A stretch of DNA of 64,000 nucleotides from Flavobacteriales bacterium (GTDB taxonomy: Bacteria; Bacteroidota; Bacteroidia; Flavobacteriales; CAJXXR01), in contig JAOAQX010000011.1 in the NCBI GenBank assembly GCA_025210805.1, positions 673 to 64,672 on the forward strand, written 5' to 3'. Each line of letters begins with the position of its first letter. Position 1 is the first letter of the stretch. Made by a program: the position numbers and the translations under genes. The notes beneath the pieces are model-generated. The model ran no database searches, was not told where the DNA came from, and worked only from the letters and a program-made list of their open reading frames with translations. Of this stretch, positions 59,245-64,000 are shown piece after piece.

Positions 59245-60327
59245 CTATCTATTAATTTTATTTCCCTTCCATTTTGGTCGATAAAAAAGTGCACTAAAGC
59301 CAATCCAAATTAAGATTATAGGATGAAAAACAATCATCATTAAATAAATGTCTATCTCAAATTTCTGTTGATATTTTTTATAAAACAACCCTAATGCTAT
59401 GCCGTCTATTATAAATTTAGCAAACAAAATATAATTCCAATAAGTTGTTCCATACGTCATCTGAACCCAAAGTAGAATGAGTGTTAAAATTCCCCATAAG
59501 CCAAAAAAGAAGCTCCAGAATTGTAGATTACTACTTTTATAGTATTGAGATTTCGCAAACCAACGCACCCTTTGATCCACAAACTCCTTAAAAGTCTCTA
59601 CTTGATTTGTAAATACTTTTGACTGAGAATTCCAGGATATTTTTTGTTTGTTTTTAATGGCAAAATCAAGCAAAAACATATCGTCTCCACTACTCCTGTT
59701 TTGGTTTTCGTCATGGAAAAGGTAATGAGAAAACAATTCTCTATGCACCATCATATTGGCTGCCGAAGCCAAAAATGGTTTTTCTTGCTCTACGCAAGCC
59801 TTTGCTGTCATTTGCATAGCTGCAAATTCCATTCTTTGTATTTTTCCAAAAAGACCTTGATCAGTAATCCAAACAGCCCCTAACTGCATTTTGGCATTTT
59901 TGGAAATTTTCATCATAGATTGTAACCAATTGTTCTGCGGACGGCAATCTGCATCGGTAAACAAGAGCCAGTTTTTATTAGATTTCTCAAACAATTTTTT
60001 GATACTTGCTTTTTTACCCAAAGCTTCTGTATTTCTTAATATTTTCACCTTATAATTGGTCTCTTTCTGCCATTTTTCGGCTAAAGCCAAGGAATGATCT
60101 TCAGAAGCATCATCTATCAAAAGAATATTGACTTGTGATTCAGAAATGCCTTCTTGCTCATCTAAATACTGAAAAAGATATGGCAAATTTTTCTCTTCAT
60201 TTCGAAAAGGAATAAGTAACTCCAATCCTGTTACCTTAAACATTTCCTCCACATTTTTTTTTGGTGCAAAAAACATCCATGCAGCAGTGAAAATAAGAAT
60301 GACAAAAATAAGAAAGTAGAAGCTCAT
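59245..60327 (-). CDS. glycosyltransferase family 2 (with C-terminal TM helices)
   Basis: GT2 signatures (LLIDDASEDHS; FTDADCRPQNNWL; QRVRW). 4-nt overlap with the upstream membrane gene. Confidence 0.75.
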   Translation of the reverse strand: MSFYFLIFVILIFTAAWMFFAPKKNVEEMFKVTGLELLIPFRNEEKNLPYLFQYLDEQEGISESQVNILLIDDASEDHSLALAEKWQKETNYKVKILRNTEALGKKASIKKLFEKSNKNWLLFTDADCRPQNNWLQSMMKISKNAKMQLGAVWITDQGLFGKIQRMEFAAMQMTAKACVEQEKPFLASAANMMVHRELFSHYLFHDENQNRSSGDDMFLLDFAIKNKQKISWNSQSKVFTNQVETFKEFVDQRVRWFAKSQYYKSSNLQFWSFFFGLWGILTLILLWVQMTYGTTYWNYILFAKFIIDGIALGLFYKKYQQKFEIDIYLMMIVFHPIILIWIGFSALFYRPKWKGNKINR

Positions 60328-61202
60328 GGTTTTAGTTTTAAAAAGAGTCCAACAATTGAGGGGATAAAAATATTAAGAATCCAAAGAATGACGAGGGACA
60401 TACTAAACAATTTGAAATCAATTCCTAATTTAAGAAAAGACTGTAATGCGGTTTTGAAAATGATATCTGTTCCTGCAAAATGAGGTAAAAAACTAGAGGC
60501 ACTGTGCACTAATCCGATGGGTTTTAACAACTCTAGAAATACAATATCAGGAAGCATCAAAGATAAAATGAAAGTATGAATTCCAAAATAGGCTAAAACT
60601 CTCAACAGATTTATGATCCAGATATCCCAGAATTTCTGCTTCTGAAATAGAAAAATGGTAGCAAAAATCGAGACGAGTAGAAAAAAACAGCCCAAAATCA
60701 CCCAAATTCCTTGAAAACTGAATAGTAAGACTGTACCTAGAACAAATACATAAAACAAAGGTTTTATAAAAAACAATTGTAAAACCGATTGATATTGTGA
60801 TTTCTGAATCCCTAAACTTTCTAAATACTTTTTTCTGAAAGGGATTTCAGCTACTCTAAAAGGAGTTGATAAAGACATAACAAGTGCTTTCCAATTCATT
60901 ACCAAGGCTTGTTTAAAGGAAAGCGTTTTTCTTGAACTTTTTTTCACAACCGCTATCCAGAGATAAGTTTCTAAAGCATGATGAATCAGCCAAAAAAATC
61001 CGATAAAGAAAAAAATGCTAAAACTCGGACTCCAGTTAATTTTTGTCTGTTCCCATTTGTTCCAAGCTTGATCAAAATATTGATAAAAAAGAAAAAAACT
61101 TAATGCCAATAGAATCCACTGAATCCATTTAACATTTTTGGAGAACAGCCTATCAAAAGAATGTAGATATTTGTAAAAAATATTCATTTGAAAAAGGAGC
61201 AA
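60324..61202 (-). CDS. polytopic membrane protein (flippase-like/LPG-synthase TM-region-like; uncertain)
   Basis: 292 aa, ~8 TM helices, translationally coupled to the GT2 gene. The start overlaps ruvC on the opposite strand, so the true start is probably the internal Met. Confidence 0.45.
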   Translation of the reverse strand: MLLFQMNIFYKYLHSFDRLFSKNVKWIQWILLALSFFLFYQYFDQAWNKWEQTKINWSPSFSIFFFIGFFWLIHHALETYLWIAVVKKSSRKTLSFKQALVMNWKALVMSLSTPFRVAEIPFRKKYLESLGIQKSQYQSVLQLFFIKPLFYVFVLGTVLLFSFQGIWVILGCFFLLVSIFATIFLFQKQKFWDIWIINLLRVLAYFGIHTFILSLMLPDIVFLELLKPIGLVHSASSFLPHFAGTDIIFKTALQSFLKLGIDFKLFSMSLVILWILNIFIPSIVGLFLKLKP

Positions 61203-61742
61203 ATTATTTTAGGTGTGGATCCAGGAACCACCATTATGGGATTCGGGATTTTAAAAGTTTCTGGGACGAAGTTAGAAGTTTTGGAGCTAAACACCGTTAT
61301 GTTGCACAAATTAAATAATCATTATTTAAAATTACAGAAGATTTTTGAACGGAGTCTTCAAATAATTGATGAGTATAATCCTGATCACTTAGCCATAGAA
61401 GCACCTTTTTTTGGAAAGAATGTGCAATCTATGTTAAAGCTTGGAAGAGCTCAGGGAGTTGTGATGTCTGCAGCTTTATACCGAGATATTCCAATAACTG
61501 AATATGCCCCTAAGAAGATTAAGCAATCTATCACAGGAAAAGGAACTGCCAGTAAGGAGCAGGTGAGTTTTATGCTCCAGCAAATGCTGAATTTAAAGAC
61601 GGTTCCTAAAGATTTTGATGCCACTGATGGGCTTGCAGCAGCAGTTTGTCATCATCTTCAAAGTAAAAATCCACTACAACAAGGTAAGTCATACTCTAGC
61701 TGGGATGCCTTTTTGAAAGCGAATCCTGAAAGAAAAAAATGA
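61188..61742 (+). CDS. ruvC: crossover junction endodeoxyribonuclease RuvC
   Basis: IILGVDPGTTIMGFGI…LAIEAPFFGKNVQSMLKLGRAQG, with the catalytic D/E residues in place. Confidence 0.9.
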   Translation: MKKEQIILGVDPGTTIMGFGILKVSGTKLEVLELNTVMLHKLNNHYLKLQKIFERSLQIIDEYNPDHLAIEAPFFGKNVQSMLKLGRAQGVVMSAALYRDIPITEYAPKKIKQSITGKGTASKEQVSFMLQQMLNLKTVPKDFDATDGLAAAVCHHLQSKNPLQQGKSYSSWDAFLKANPERKK

Positions 61743-61778
61743 TCTAAAAAAAGCCCCCTATTTGGTGGCTTTTTAGTT

Positions 61779-62171
61779 CTAAAGAAAAGATTTTATTTGA
61801 TTTTGAATTTTTTCAAATTCTTCTTTTTCGAAGCTTAATTTTGGTCGATTAAAGTCCATGTCCCCAACAGAATTAATTGGAATTAGATGGATATGTGCAT
61901 GTGGCACTTCTAGCCCTACAACGGACATCCCTATTTTAGTACAATCAAAATTTTGCTCCATGGCTTTTGCCACTTTTTTAGCAAAAATATGGAGTGCACT
62001 TAATTCATCATCACTTAAATCGAAAATATTATCAATTTCTTTTTTAGGAATAACCAATACGTGTCCTTCTGTAATAGGAAACACATCTAAAAATGCTAGA
62101 CACTCTTCAGATTCTGCAATAATGTATGCAGGAATTTCTCGATTGACTATTTTAGTAAAAATACTCGCCAT
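61779..62171 (-). CDS. HIT (histidine triad) family protein
   Basis: HxHxHxx motif (VPHAHIHLIP). 130 aa. Confidence 0.85.
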   Translation of the reverse strand: MASIFTKIVNREIPAYIIAESEECLAFLDVFPITEGHVLVIPKKEIDNIFDLSDDELSALHIFAKKVAKAMEQNFDCTKIGMSVVGLEVPHAHIHLIPINSVGDMDFNRPKLSFEKEEFEKIQNQIKSFL

Positions 62172-62174
62172 AAT

Positions 62175-62651
62175 TTATCCTCGGGTAATTTCCAAAATTT
62201 CTAGTTGTAATATTCCTGCAGGAACTTGAGCTTCTACGATATCTCCAACTTCTTTACCTAACAATGCTTTCCCTATTGGAGAAGTTACAGAAATTTTCTT
62301 TTGTGCCAAATTCGCCTCAGATTCCGCAACAAGCGTATATGTCATTTCACGATTCATCTTTAAGTTTTTAATCTTTACATTAGAAAGAATATAAACTTTG
62401 GAGTTATCCAATTGACTTTCGTCAATAATACGTGCATTCGCCACATGAGATTCCATTTGGGCAATCTTCATCTCAAGCATTCCTTGAGCCTCTTTTGCGG
62501 CATCATATTCTGCATTTTCAGACAAATCACCCTTATCTCTTGCTTCGGCAATTTGTTTAGATATTTCGGGTCTTTTTACGAATTTCAGGTGATCTAATTC
62601 TTCTTTAAGTTTTTTCAGACCTTCTTCTGTATAATAAGATATATTACTCAT
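62175..62651 (-). CDS. greA: transcription elongation factor GreA
   Basis: 158 aa with an N-terminal coiled coil (YTEEGLKKLKEELDHLK…) and an FKBP-like C-terminal domain (…VTSPIGKALLGKEVGD). Confidence 0.9.
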   Translation of the reverse strand: MSNISYYTEEGLKKLKEELDHLKFVKRPEISKQIAEARDKGDLSENAEYDAAKEAQGMLEMKIAQMESHVANARIIDESQLDNSKVYILSNVKIKNLKMNREMTYTLVAESEANLAQKKISVTSPIGKALLGKEVGDIVEAQVPAGILQLEILEITRG

Positions 62652-62878
62652 ACTAATACTTTTTTATCAAATGCAATTAAGCATCTGGGATTATCAATTA
62701 ACTGCTAGAAACCACCATTTACAATTAAAGTAAAATTTTGTTAGTAATAGTAGTCCTAGGAATATTGTGTCTCATGGCTTTTTATTTAAACCATACTCAG
62801 TGATCTGAGTTTTGACCAATGAAAAAAGAAGCTCAGTTTGAGCTTCTTTTACAAATATACTAAATTTTGTTTTTTCTT

Positions 62879-63955
62879 TTAAAACTGAAAATTCAGTGAG
62901 AAAGCATGTATTCCACTAAGTGGATTTGCTGTTCTATAAGAATAAGCAATAGATACTTTGTCTAACGATTCCGATTTAAAAGGCATTACCTCAAAACCTG
63001 CTGCAAGACCTGTTAAAGCAGTATTTCTACCACTTCCTATGTCACTTGTTATCCCGTCTTGGTAATCAAAACCAGCATGAAGTCTTAAAAGACTTTTATA
63101 TTGGTATTCTGCTCCTAGCGAAAGGATATCAGCACCAAATGCATTTGATGTAAATGAAAATGCTGGAGTTACTCTGTGCATGTCTTCAGCAAAATAGAAG
63201 TCGTATGAGGCAGCTAATTCCATCTGCGTAGGCAATTCAAAACCTCTCATACGTGCATCAAAGTTTTGGAAAAACGCTGGATGTTCTTGAGATTCATAGA
63301 TTAGACGAGTATCGTCACCATCTCCTGAGAAGGTCATTTTTGATCCGACATTTTTAAGTGCAATACCGAACTTAAATTCGTCTTTATCTCCGGCATAGTA
63401 CTGTACTCCCATATCAATTGCGAAACCAGAAGCAGACATATCTGCCATTCCTTCGTTGATCATTTTAATTCCTAGTCCCCCAGAAATAGATTGGGTAAAT
63501 TTCTTAGAATATTGTAGTCCAAGAATAGTAGTTGCAAATGAGAATGAAATATTCTCATTTGGATCAGGGTTCTCTACCGTAGTTCTTAGGATATCTCCAA
63601 AGGATACTGAAGTTAAAGAAACTCCCAATACACTTCCCTCTGACATCTGAAATCCAAGTCCTAAAGAATTTACATAAGAGTCAGCAAACCACAATGTGCT
63701 TGATAATCCAACTTCTATCTTTGCATCTGAGCGTGAAAGTCCAGCAACGTTGCTCCAAGCAGATTCCAATCCTTGCACATTCGCCATAGATGCTCTACCC
63801 CATCCTGAGGTTGCAGCCCATGGATTGATAAGGATTTCTGTTGCTCCAGCTTGCCCTATACGTTGGTCATTACCAGCGAAGACTGAAGTCATCGCTAGTA
63901 ATCCCAAACCAATCGTTGTAAACTTTTTGTTGATATATTTTTTGATATTCATCAT
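62879..63955 (-). CDS. porV: T9SS-associated outer-membrane beta-barrel protein (PorV-like; family assignment tentative)
   Basis: Signal peptide. The N-terminal …GQAGATEILINPWAATSGWGRASMANVQG… resembles the PorV/FadL-like motif (…LLISPDARAAGMGDAGVA…). Terminates in …FSLNFQF (C-terminal Phe). Confidence 0.5.
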   Translation of the reverse strand: MMNIKKYINKKFTTIGLGLLAMTSVFAGNDQRIGQAGATEILINPWAATSGWGRASMANVQGLESAWSNVAGLSRSDAKIEVGLSSTLWFADSYVNSLGLGFQMSEGSVLGVSLTSVSFGDILRTTVENPDPNENISFSFATTILGLQYSKKFTQSISGGLGIKMINEGMADMSASGFAIDMGVQYYAGDKDEFKFGIALKNVGSKMTFSGDGDDTRLIYESQEHPAFFQNFDARMRGFELPTQMELAASYDFYFAEDMHRVTPAFSFTSNAFGADILSLGAEYQYKSLLRLHAGFDYQDGITSDIGSGRNTALTGLAAGFEVMPFKSESLDKVSIAYSYRTANPLSGIHAFSLNFQF

Positions 63956-64000
63956 TTTTCGTTTCTACTTTTGTTAACAATTAGAATGTATCGAGGTCAA

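Noticed and set aside
61745-61778. Possible terminator after ruvC (AAAAAAGCCCCCTATTTGGTGGCTTTTTAG)
   Set aside because: The arms (GCCCCC / GGTGGC) are not complementary and no convincing stem forms. It was left unannotated.
1-64000. Integrated prophage or transposon-borne island
   Set aside because: No integrase, transposase, recombinase, tRNA attachment site or terminal inverted repeats were found. The phage-like tail-fibre chaperone domain at 21310 is embedded in a T9SS cargo gene, not a prophage.

Overview
This 64 kb window is low-GC and looks like a chromosomal segment from a Flavobacteriia-type Bacteroidota genome. Support for that: several T9SS C-terminal sorting domains, a PorV-like gene, an alternative complex III (ACIII) plus cytochrome oxidase operon, a Rho with a long low-complexity N-terminal insertion, and TAnnTTTG-type promoter elements. 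The described content runs in this order. (1) A thiol-disulfide/outer-membrane cluster at 1-3050. (2) dnaG, nadK and a CBS protein. (3) A complete minus-strand respiratory operon, actABCDEF-coxBA (8.5-20 kb), with a clear intrinsic terminator. (4) An accessory operon (21.3-25.4 kb) with a phage tail-fibre/S74-chaperone-domain protein, a GH16 hydrolase and two tandem diversified T9SS-CTD paralogs. (5) A possibly split TlpA-like gene around a structured 270-bp insert. (6) A co-directional membrane module at 29.0-38.4 kb: small protein, PspA/IM30, NfeD/YqiJ-like protein with a (DV/DI)n acidic repeat, flotillin, small TM ORF, and a 1604-aa protein whose only recognisable domain is a C-terminal dynein/MoxR-class AAA+ ATPase. 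This is the most interesting candidate for an uncharacterised system. (7) An RNase P RNA gene (rnpB) missed by the ORF track. (8) Housekeeping genes: mltG, M23 peptidase, rho, purF, ridA, ruvC, greA. (9) Two copies of a dispersed hairpin-rich intergenic repeat family at 28.7 kb and 56.3 kb, plus a separate direct-repeat cluster at 47.3-47.7 kb. No tRNA, rRNA, CRISPR array or obvious transposase/integrase was found.
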